From: Malassezia furfur
Taxonomy: Eukaryota
Reading direction: 5' to 3' (one strand)
DNA length: 44,926 nucleotides
NCBI GenBank assembly: GCA_052055015.1
Contig: JBQJIT010000040.1
Both the position numbers and the translations under genes were made by a program. The notes under the pieces are model-generated. The model did not search any database. It saw only the letters and a list, made by a program, of their open reading frames with translations, and was not told the origin of the DNA. Shown here piece after piece: positions 36,805-44,926 of the stretch (the stretch's first letter is position 1; the number at the start of each line of letters is the position of its first letter).

Positions 36805-38774
36805 ATGACGGTGAGCCATCGGAAGCCGCGGCCGACGCAGCCGAATCAGGACCGGACTGGTACGTGTGTGTTGCTGAGTATGCAGCTGCGGAGCCTGGCG
36901 TGCGCTACCACTGCGATGTGTGTGGTGCCGACATCACGCTGACCGTGCGCATTCGGTGTGCGGGTGGGTGCGAAGACTTTGACCTGTGCGGTACGTGCTT
37001 CTGCACAGGCGCCGAAGTCGGCAAGCACAAGGCGTGGCATGACTACCGCGTGATTGAGCAGCATTCGCAGCCAATCTACTGTCCCGACTGGGGCGTCGAC
37101 GAGGAGCTGTTGCTCATTGATGGGTGCCAGCTGTATGGCCTGGGCAACTGGGCTGATATTGCCGACCACATCGGCAATCGGACCAAGGAGGAGGTCGAGC
37201 ACCACTTCATCAGCGTGTACATTGAGGGCAAGAATGGGCTGCCATCCGGCAACGCGCGCGCGGCTGAGGCCGTGACGGCCTGGCGCGAGGCGCACCCCGA
37301 GGCCGCCGATGCGCCGGGCGAGGAGCCGCTGCCGATCGTGGGCCCCGACCCCAACTTTGCGTACGACATTGCGCCCGAGGACTTTTTGCGCGAGCGGCGC
37401 GAGCGCATCGAGCGGCTGCGCGAGGCGCAGGCCGCGTTTGTGCCGCCCAAGCCGAACGCCAAGCCGCTGGTGTCGGCGCCGACGACGCACAGTGAGCTCA
37501 CCGGGTTCATGCCCGGGCGCCTCGAGTTTGAGCATGAGTTTGAGCAGGACGCCGAGCACCTCGTGAAGGACATGGAGTTCGGGCGTGTGTACGCGTTCGG
37601 CGGCGATGCGATGCCGAACGAGTTTGACGCGCTCGGCGAGCAAGGCGCAACACAGGGCCATGCGCGCATGGAGGCGAGCGGGCGCGGTGGGCCCGTGAAC
37701 CAGCGCACTAGCGAGGGGTCCACGGACGAGAACGAGGACGAGTTTACCGACGCGCCCGAAGAGGCAGCGGCCGACGATGCCGCGTCGGCAGCGACCGCAT
37801 CCAAGACGCACACCAAGGCGGAGGCCGAGGCGCTGGGCAATGCAGCGGCCGACGAGGCGGAGGCGAGTGCGCCGGTGGATGCGGCCAAGCCCAAGGCCGA
37901 TGGGGAGGCGGTTGGGGACAAGCCCGAGGGCGACAAGGACGCCGCCGAGACGACCGACGACCGGGCGCCTGACTGGGACGAAGACCCGCTGGACCTCGAC
38001 CTGAAGCTGGCGGTGCTCGACATGTACAACGATGCGCTGGACAAGCGCGGGCGCAAGAAGCGCTTCCTGTTTGAGCGCAATCTGGTCGATTACCGGCGCA
38101 ACGTCGCCGCCGAGCGGCGGCGGCCGAAAGAGGAGCGCGACCTGCTGGCGCGCATCCGGCACTTTGCCACGCTGCAGACGGCGGCCGATTTTGAAGAACT
38201 GTACCATAATCTCTGCTACGAAGAGGCACTCAAAAAGACGGTGCACCAGCTGCAGCAGTACCGGCGTGTGGGCCTCACGACCTTTGCCGAGGCGGCGCGC
38301 TACGACAAGGAGGCCGCCGAGCGCACCAAGCGGCAGCTCGAGGCGGCCGAGGGCACGCTTTCGCTCGGCGGCGCGCACGCGGGGCGTGTGCGGCACCGCG
38401 AGCGGAGCGTCTCGGCGCTGGACGACGCCAAGGCGGACGACTTTTCGTTTGCGAATGCGCCGGGCATCCAGCTGCTCAGTGCGCAGGAGCAGCAGCTGTG
38501 CTCGCTGCTGCACATCCTGCCCGAGCCCTTTTTGGTGCTCAAGGCGGCGCTGCTCACCTACGCATACGCACACCACAAGGCGCTCACGCTGACGCACTGC
38601 CAGACGCTGTGCAACATTGCGCCGCGCAAGCTGAGCCGCGTGTACGACTTTTTCGTGCAGCAGGGCTACGTGCACGCCGTGCTGGATGCGTGCGACTGGC
38701 GCAGCGAGCGCGCGACCAAGCGCGCGCGGCGCAGCGCCTCGTCTGGGACGCCCGTATACCCCGCCGATACCTAG
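36805..38774 (+). CDS. ADA2: SAGA transcriptional adaptor Ada2
   Basis: Exon 1 MTVSHRKPR.., then a 26-nt intron 36860-36885. ZZ finger (YHCDVC..FDLCGTCF), SANT (WGVDEELLLIDG..GLGNWADIADHIG), GFMPGRLEFEHEF and SWIRM (LLSAQEQQLC). Confidence 0.95.
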
Positions 38775-38784
38775 ACTATAGCGA

Positions 38785-41700
38785 CTACTTGTGCTCGGCC
38801 AAGAATGCGTACGCGTTCTCAAACATGCGGAACCACGGCCCGTGGCCGCGCCACGACGCCGCCTCGGGCGGCGCATAGCTCAGCGCGGTCGCCGCCGTGG
38901 CGCGCTCCGGGTGCGGCATGCAGATGAGCACGCGGCCGTCGAGCGCCGTGACACCCGCAATGTTGCCCGTGCTGCCGTTGGGGTTGAGCGGGTAACGCTG
39001 GTCGACATAGCGCATCGCCACGAGCTGCTCGGCCTCGCACTGCTGGTGCAGCGCGTCCGAGTCGAACGCGGCACGTCCCTCGCCGTGCGCGACCGGCACC
39101 GCGAGGCGCGAGCCGCCCATGCCCCGGAAAAAGATGCTGTTGGTGGTCTTCGGGATCTCGACCGGGAGCAGGCGCGCCTCGAAGCGGCCGCTCTCGTTCG
39201 GCGAGAAGGCCGGCCAGATGCGGCCCGCGCCCGGGATCAGGCCGTGCCGGCCCAGGTCCGACAGCATCTGGCACCCGTTGCACACGCCGAGCGCAAACGT
39301 GTTGGGCCGCGCAAAGAACGCACGGAACTCGGCGTTGACGTCCTTGTTTATCAGCACGGTGCTGGCCCAGCCGCGCCCGGCACCCAGCACGTCGCCGTAC
39401 GAGAAGCCGCCGCACGCCGCAATGCCGTGCACCGCCTCGAGGCGCACGCGGCCCGCGAGCAGGTCCGTCATGTGCACGTCGAGCACGGTGAAGCCCGCGC
39501 GCGCAAACGCCCAGGCCATCTCGACGTGCCCGTTGACGCCCTGCTCGCGCAGGATCGCGACACGCGGCGCCGCGGCGAGCGGGCGCTCAATGTGGGCGTC
39601 GCGCACCGTGTCGCCGGGCGTGTAGGTCAGGTCGTACGCGAGCTCCGACACGCCGCCCGGCGCCTCGTCGATCCACTGGCGCTCCTCGAGCGCCAAATCA
39701 GGGTTGTCGCGCAGCGCCTGCATCTCGTACGACGTCGCGGACCACGCCCGCTGCAGCTCGGCGCGCGTGCCGGTGAAGAGCGTCGAGCCGTGCGACACGA
39801 TTTCGACCTGCTCGTCGGCGTCGCGCACGGCGCCGACGACGTGCAGCGCCGAGGCCGGCAGCCCAAACGTCGTGAGCAGCGTCTCGACCGCCTTGACGTC
39901 GGAGCGGCGCACCTGCAGCACCGCACCGAGCTCCTCGTTAAACAGCGCGGGGGTCGGCGGCGTGCCGGCCTTGTGCAGCGACGACAGGTCGAGCGTCACG
40001 CCGACACGGCCCGCGAACGCCATCTCGAGCACGGTGACGAGCAGACCACCGTCCGAGCGGTCGTGGTACGCGTGCACGAGGCCGGGCACGTCGCGCTTGC
40101 CCACCTGCAGCTGCTTGAGCGTCGCCATGCCGTTGAAGAAGGCGCGCAGCACCTCGGCGCTCTCGACGTCCGGCGCCGCGTCGCCGAGCTGCTTGTACAC
40201 CTGCGCGAGCGCCGAGCCGCCCAGGCGCTGCTTGCCCTGCGCCAGGTCCACCAGCAGCAGCACCGAGTCGCGCGTCGGCAGGCGCTGCAGCTGCGGCGTC
40301 CACGTGTTGTGCACGTCGACCACGGGGGCGAACGCCGTGATGATGGGGCTCAGCGGCGCCATCACCTCGCGCCGCTCGCCGTTCTCGTGCCAGGCCATGC
40401 CCATCGACATCGAGTCCTTCCCGACGGGGATCGCCAGGCCCAGCGCGGGGCACAGGTCGAGGCCCACGGCCTGCACGGCGTCGTACAGCGCCGCACCATC
40501 GTGCTCGTGCCACGAGGCGCACATCCAGTTGGCGCTCAGCTTGACCTGCTCGAGCGCATCGACGTGCGCGGCCACGAGGTTCGTGAGCGACTCGGCAACG
40601 GCCATGCGCGCCGCCGCCGCGCCGGACAGCAGCGCAAGCGGCGTGCGCTCACCGCTCGCGGTGGCATCGCCCGTGCGCGACTCGTCGAAGCCGTACGACG
40701 TGCGCGTCACCGCGACGTCCGCCACGGGCACCTGCCACGGGCCGACCATCTGGTCGCGCGCCACCAGGCCCGTGACGCTCCGGTCGCCGATCGTGATCAG
40801 GAACGCCTTGGAGGCAACCGCGGGGAGGTGCAGCACGCGGTCGATCGCGTCGCGCAGGCGGCTCGCGTCGTCGCCCTCGACGTACGACGCAAGCGTCGCG
40901 TCGAACGGCACAAACGCAGGCTGCGCATGCGTCGAGGTGCGCTCCATCTTGGGCGGCTTGTTGAAGAGCGTCGCCATGGGCAGGTCGATCGGCGTCGTGC
41001 CAAACAGGCGGTCGGTCAGCACGAGCTGCGGCTCGGCCGTGGCGTGGCCGACGACGGCAAACGGACACCGCTCGCGCATGGCGAGCGCCTCGAAGCGCTC
41101 CAGGTTCGCGGGGCGCACCGCAAGCACGTAGCGCTCCTGGCTCTCGTTGCACCAGATCGCTGCAGGGCTCATGCTCTTGCTCCCGAGCGGGATGTTGCGC
41201 AGCTCAAAGCGCGCACCGAGACCCGCGTCGTGCACCAGCTCGGGGAACGCGTTGCTCAGGCCGCCCGCACCCACGTCGTGGATGCTGACGATCGGGTTCT
41301 CCGCCGCAGAGCAGCACGCATCGATCACCTGCTGGCACCGGCGCTCCATCTCGGGGTTCTCGCGGCTGACACTCACAAAGTCGAGCTGCGCACGGTCCGA
41401 CTCGCCCGCACCGCCCGTCACCTGCGACGACGACGTGCCACCGCCCAGGCCGATCAGGTAGCCGGGGCCACCGAGCACAATGAGCGCATCGCCGGGCTGG
41501 ATCTTGCCCTTGAACACGTACTGCGGCCGCACCGTTCCGACACCGCCCGCAAGCATGATGGGCTTGTGGTAGCCACGCAGCTCAGGGCCGTCCGCGCCGG
41601 GCACGCGCTCGCAGAACGTGCGCCAGAACCCACCGAGCGCGGGGCGCCCAAACTCGTTGTTGAACGCCGCGGCACCGATCGGCGCATCGCACATGATCTC

Positions 41701-42963
41701 GAGCGCAGACGCAACGTGGCTCGGCTTGCCCACGTCCTCTTCCCACGGCTGCACAAAGCCGGGCACAAGCAGGTCCGACGTCATGAACCCGGCCAAGCCC
41801 GCCTTGGGCTTGGAGCCCTGGCCGACGGCGCCCTCGTCGCGGATCTCGCCGCCCGAGCCCGTCGCGGCGCCGGGGTACGGCGACACGGCGGTGGGGTGGT
41901 TGTGCGTCTCCACCTTGGCGAGGATCGGCATCTCCTCGGCGTGGCCCACGTACACGTTCGGCACCGCCTCGTCGCCGAGCGGCGTCGCGTCGGGCACAGG
42001 CAGGTAGCGCACGCCGACCGCGCCCTCAAACACCGCCGCATTGTCCGAGTAGGCACTCAGCGTAAACTGCGGCGTGACCTTGTGCGTGTTGCGGATCATG
42101 CCGAACAGCGAGTGCGGCATCACCGCCCCGTCAATCGTCCACGTCGCGTTGAAGATCTTGTGCCGGCAGTGCTCCGAGTTGACCTGCGCAAACATGAACA
42201 GCTCCACGTCGGTCGGGTTGCGGTGCAGCGGCGGCTCGCCCGAGGCGCCGCGCACGAACGCATCGACAAGGTACTCGATCTCATCGGGCGACAGCGCCAG
42301 ACCGTACTTGGCGTTGGCACTCTCGAGGCGCTGCCGCGCGCTCTCCCAGTCCTCGCGGCAGTCCTTCAGTGCACCCAGGTCCACCGTGTTGAGCGGCTGC
42401 GGCTCGGCACTCACGAACAGCGTTGCACAGCTCTCGGGCGAGGCGTTCCGCGCGACGGTGTGCGTCATGCGGTCGTGCACCACCGCCGCGAGCGCATCGA
42501 CCTCGTCGTCGCTGATCGGCGTGCGCGTGCGAATCACCAGCGCGTAGCCGCGCTCGATGCGCTCCACGTACTCGTCCAGGTGCGTGACGTTGGCGATGTT
42601 GGTCGCCTTAGACGACCACGGCGACACGGTGCCTGGACGCGGGCCGACGAACAGCACCGTCTCGAGCGGGTCGTGTTGGCCGTGCAGCGCGTTGCGCAGG
42701 GTCTGCACCGTGCCCTCCACCTCGAAGTGGTCACCGTAGTTGAGCAGCTCGTCCAAGCGCTTGCGCGCGTCGCTCTTGGGATCCTGCAGCGTGCGCATCG
42801 CCGACTCGGACGTCGCCTGAATAAAGTGCAGGAACACGCCGTCCAGGCTCTCGACCTTCTCATTCACGCTCTGGAGCTTGCGAAGCCCCTGACGCCGCTT
42901 CGCCTCCAGCGCCGTCGAGGGGCCCAGCAGCGTGAAGCAGTGTAGCGGCTCCGGGCAGGCCAT
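38785..42963 (-). CDS. ADE6: Phosphoribosylformylglycinamidine synthase (large-type PurL)
   Basis: FAQVNSEHCRHKIFNA, KVETHNHPTAVSP, GGEIRDEGA, IHDVGAGGLSNA, ILREQGVNG, LGVCNGCQM and MPHPER; intronless. Confidence 0.98.
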   Translation of the reverse strand: MACPEPLHCFTLLGPSTALEAKRRQGLRKLQSVNEKVESLDGVFLHFIQATSESAMRTLQDPKSDARKRLDELLNYGDHFEVEGTVQTLRNALHGQHDPLETVLFVGPRPGTVSPWSSKATNIANVTHLDEYVERIERGYALVIRTRTPISDDEVDALAAVVHDRMTHTVARNASPESCATLFVSAEPQPLNTVDLGALKDCREDWESARQRLESANAKYGLALSPDEIEYLVDAFVRGASGEPPLHRNPTDVELFMFAQVNSEHCRHKIFNATWTIDGAVMPHSLFGMIRNTHKVTPQFTLSAYSDNAAVFEGAVGVRYLPVPDATPLGDEAVPNVYVGHAEEMPILAKVETHNHPTAVSPYPGAATGSGGEIRDEGAVGQGSKPKAGLAGFMTSDLLVPGFVQPWEEDVGKPSHVASALEIMCDAPIGAAAFNNEFGRPALGGFWRTFCERVPGADGPELRGYHKPIMLAGGVGTVRPQYVFKGKIQPGDALIVLGGPGYLIGLGGGTSSSQVTGGAGESDRAQLDFVSVSRENPEMERRCQQVIDACCSAAENPIVSIHDVGAGGLSNAFPELVHDAGLGARFELRNIPLGSKSMSPAAIWCNESQERYVLAVRPANLERFEALAMRERCPFAVVGHATAEPQLVLTDRLFGTTPIDLPMATLFNKPPKMERTSTHAQPAFVPFDATLASYVEGDDASRLRDAIDRVLHLPAVASKAFLITIGDRSVTGLVARDQMVGPWQVPVADVAVTRTSYGFDESRTGDATASGERTPLALLSGAAAARMAVAESLTNLVAAHVDALEQVKLSANWMCASWHEHDGAALYDAVQAVGLDLCPALGLAIPVGKDSMSMGMAWHENGERREVMAPLSPIITAFAPVVDVHNTWTPQLQRLPTRDSVLLLVDLAQGKQRLGGSALAQVYKQLGDAAPDVESAEVLRAFFNGMATLKQLQVGKRDVPGLVHAYHDRSDGGLLVTVLEMAFAGRVGVTLDLSSLHKAGTPPTPALFNEELGAVLQVRRSDVKAVETLLTTFGLPASALHVVGAVRDADEQVEIVSHGSTLFTGTRAELQRAWSATSYEMQALRDNPDLALEERQWIDEAPGGVSELAYDLTYTPGDTVRDAHIERPLAAAPRVAILREQGVNGHVEMAWAFARAGFTVLDVHMTDLLAGRVRLEAVHGIAACGGFSYGDVLGAGRGWASTVLINKDVNAEFRAFFARPNTFALGVCNGCQMLSDLGRHGLIPGAGRIWPAFSPNESGRFEARLLPVEIPKTTNSIFFRGMGGSRLAVPVAHGEGRAAFDSDALHQQCEAEQLVAMRYVDQRYPLNPNGSTGNIAGVTALDGRVLICMPHPERATAATALSYAPPEAASWRGHGPWFRMFENAYAFLAEHK

Positions 42964-43052
42964 CGTCGTGACTCGCAAAAACTTGGCTCACGCCTGGGCG
43001 CCGGCAGACGACACGCTGAGTCAGCCGCCTCATGCCTCCACCCCTTGCCACC
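42964..43052. promoter_or_regulatory. Bidirectional promoter ADE6/CWC24 with Gcn4/AP-1-like sites
   Basis: TGACTC at 42969-42974 and GCTGAGTCAGC at 43015-43025 within an 89-bp divergent spacer. Confidence 0.5.
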
Positions 43053-44009
43053 ATGACGGACGTCGTGTTCAAGAAGAAGGCGCGCGGCGTGCGCGACGTG
43101 CGCAAGCGCACCGCCGATGACGACGCCGACGATGCGGCAGGCGTCGCACCGTCGGCGGTCGTCACCAAGAAGCGCCGCGATGTGCCCGCCACCGCCAGCG
43201 ACGCCGAAGCACCTCGCGCGCCCGACCGCTTCGGGCAGACGACCGTGCATGCGGCCGCCCACGCCACCCACACGCCCAGCCATGCACACAACACGAACCG
43301 AGACGATGCTACGCGCAGCACCGAATGGGATCTGGAGCAGGAGTTTGCGCGTGAACTCGGCACCGCCGCCAAACCCGCCAAACCAGCGGCGACGAACGAC
43401 GACGGTAAGTACCGCGGCATGGCAAATTACGCCAAGTACACCGAGGAGCGCGACGACGGCTCCTCGGCCAAGTTCCGCACCAAGGGGCCGATGCAGGCGC
43501 CCACCAACGTGCGCACCATCACCGTCGTCGACTACCAGCCCGACATCTGCAAGGACTACAAAGAGACGGGGTATTGTGGGTTTGGCGACACGTGCAAGTT
43601 TTTGCACGACCGCAGCGACTACCTGGCGGGCTGGCAGCTTGAGGGCAGCAACGAGGTCGCCGATGCGCGCGCCGGGACGTACGGCGCGGGGCTCGACGAC
43701 GACGACGATGAGGAAGACGTGCCGTTTGCGTGCCTGATCTGCCGCAAGCCGTTTACGGACCCAGTGGTGACGCTGTGCGGGCACTACTTCTGCGCGTCGT
43801 GCGCAATCAAGCGCTTCGCCAAAACGCCCAAATGCTTTGCGTGCGGCGCCAAGACCCACGGCCTGTTCAACTCCGCGACCAAGATCCTGGACCGCATGGC
43901 GAAGCGGAACGCACGCCGCGCCGACGAGCGGCGCGAGGCGCGTGTGCAGCACGGCCTCGACGACCCGAACGAGGTACTGGATGGTGTGGTGGTCGACACC
44001 GAGGCGTAG
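43053..44009 (+). CDS. CWC24: Pre-mRNA splicing factor Cwc24 (RNF113A; CCCH + RING)
   Basis: DYQPDICKDYKETGYCGFGDTCKFLHDRSDY and PFACLICRKPFTDPVVTLCGHYFCASC. GCCACCATG context at 43053 (alternative ATG at 43032). Confidence 0.96.
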   Translation: MTDVVFKKKARGVRDVRKRTADDDADDAAGVAPSAVVTKKRRDVPATASDAEAPRAPDRFGQTTVHAAAHATHTPSHAHNTNRDDATRSTEWDLEQEFARELGTAAKPAKPAATNDDGKYRGMANYAKYTEERDDGSSAKFRTKGPMQAPTNVRTITVVDYQPDICKDYKETGYCGFGDTCKFLHDRSDYLAGWQLEGSNEVADARAGTYGAGLDDDDDEEDVPFACLICRKPFTDPVVTLCGHYFCASCAIKRFAKTPKCFACGAKTHGLFNSATKILDRMAKRNARRADERREARVQHGLDDPNEVLDGVVVDTEA

Positions 44010-44054
44010 GACGCCTACATACCCTATAGACGATGCACCTGTATTTTAGCCGGC

Positions 44055-44926
44055 CTACTCGCGCATGCGCCGCTTGTACTCGCCGGGCGTCTCTATGTTG
44101 CGCCCATGCGACCACATGCCGAGACGCATCAGCTTGGCGTACTCCTCGGCGCGCTCAAGCGCGCGCCGGCCCGACTTGGCGTGCAGCAGCGTGCGCTGCA
44201 AAAACGTCGGCGGGCCGTAGGCAGCACCCGCGTTGCGGTACACGGTCGCGAGGCCCTTGCGCACCATCGCCAGCGACACATTGGTGCGCCCAAACACATA
44301 CGGCCAGCGGAACACGTACGGCGTCGCGACCAAGCGCTGGTACTGGTCGATGTGCGCCACGTCGAGCCACACCGTCTTGCCCTCGACGAGCCGCTTCAGC
44401 TCTTCTTTGGCCTCGTCCGCAAACGGCTGCGCCTCGCGTCCAAAATGGGCGGCCTCGGGCGCATCGGCGCCTGCCAGGCGCACCGAAATGGTCTGGTTGC
44501 GCAGCCCCGCCTTGGACGTCGGCACGGGGTGCAAATAGTTGCGCAGCAGCGGCAATCCAGGGGTATGGTAGAAACGGAAGCCATCCGCGTCGCCGACCGA
44601 CGTCACGCGGCCCACCAGCGTGCGCCGCATCTTGAGCACACGCGGCGTGAGCTCGTTGGCGGTCGCATAGCGCCGCAAGTACCGCACATACAGCAGCCGC
44701 CCCCCGACGAGCGCCGCACCCGTCGTAAGCGCCGCGCCGACGGGCGTCGAGATGGTCGCGAGCACGAGGCGCACGGGCGTCGGGAACGCGTCGGCGGGCG
44801 CTGTCTCGTACGCGGCGTGCACAGGGTAGGCAGGGTCGTCGCGCTTCGCGCCGTTGTCGTACGTCCGCCGTGCAAACTGGCGCAGCCAGTCGTCGCCGGC
44901 GTCGCCACGCAGCTGCTCGATGCGCT
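44055..44926 (-). CDS. LCL3: Staphylococcal-nuclease-like endonuclease Lcl3 (5' end beyond window)
   Basis: TM segment followed by YLRR, GRVTSVGDADGFRFYHTPG, TISVRLAGADAPEAAHFG, DQYQRLVA, MVRKGLATVY and GMWS..ETPGEYK. The frame is open to the window end. Confidence 0.9.
   Translation of the reverse strand, partial: RIEQLRGDAGDDWLRQFARRTYDNGAKRDDPAYPVHAAYETAPADAFPTPVRLVLATISTPVGAALTTGAALVGGRLLYVRYLRRYATANELTPRVLKMRRTLVGRVTSVGDADGFRFYHTPGLPLLRNYLHPVPTSKAGLRNQTISVRLAGADAPEAAHFGREAQPFADEAKEELKRLVEGKTVWLDVAHIDQYQRLVATPYVFRWPYVFGRTNVSLAMVRKGLATVYRNAGAAYGPPTFLQRTLLHAKSGRRALERAEEYAKLMRLGMWSHGRNIETPGEYKRRMRE

Noticed and set aside
38791..42945. 1384-aa plus-strand ORF antisense to ADE6
   Set aside because: Codon-register mirror of a GC3-rich gene; Arg/Val/Ala-rich with no motifs. 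Stop avoidance follows from sense-strand codon bias.
43405..43436. Perfect GTAAGT donor inside CWC24
   Set aside because: It encodes the family-typical GKYRG segment; there is no matching branch cassette and the ORF is intact.
1..44926. Prokaryotic operons, CRISPR arrays, tRNA/rRNA genes, alternative genetic code
   Set aside because: All genes are eukaryotic. No repeat-spacer or structural RNA pattern was seen by eye. Internal stops are explained by micro-introns rather than codon reassignment.

Overview
Eukaryotic (fungal) chromosomal DNA, GC-rich and extremely gene-dense. Gene content and style point to Ustilaginomycotina, most likely a GC-rich Malassezia; this assignment is inferred, not searched. 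I reconstructed 30 protein-coding genes, two cut by the window edges. In order: a secreted protein, RRP45, cyclin H/CCL1, MLH1, YIP1, NSA2, ERCC1/RAD10, cytochrome P450 reductase, RNase H1, DBF4, eIF3c, ATP5/OSCP, GWT1, ATP11, an unknown disordered protein, PP2C, RRN11, LSB6, a PPR protein, an MFS exporter, SNAPC3, OST5, a DHHC palmitoyltransferase, a JEN1-like transporter, a Rab, U2AF1, ADA2, ADE6, CWC24 and LCL3. I saw no RNA genes, transposons or CRISPR arrays. The standout signal is a micro-intron system. I placed 35 spliceosomal introns by hand: 33 are 21-26 nt (12 are exactly 21 nt, none shorter), built as a GTRYGY-type donor, a short spacer and CTNAYNNAG, with the branch A at -6 in 29 of 35 and no polypyrimidine tract. 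Twelve are in-frame and stop-free, so they hide inside the ORF track as 7-8 aa insertions, several in conserved motifs. Compaction also shows as abutting or overlapping convergent stops, 16-27 nt tandem gaps, an ATGA stop/start overlap, and ~90-130 bp bidirectional promoters with recurring CACGTG and CCTCCAC motifs.
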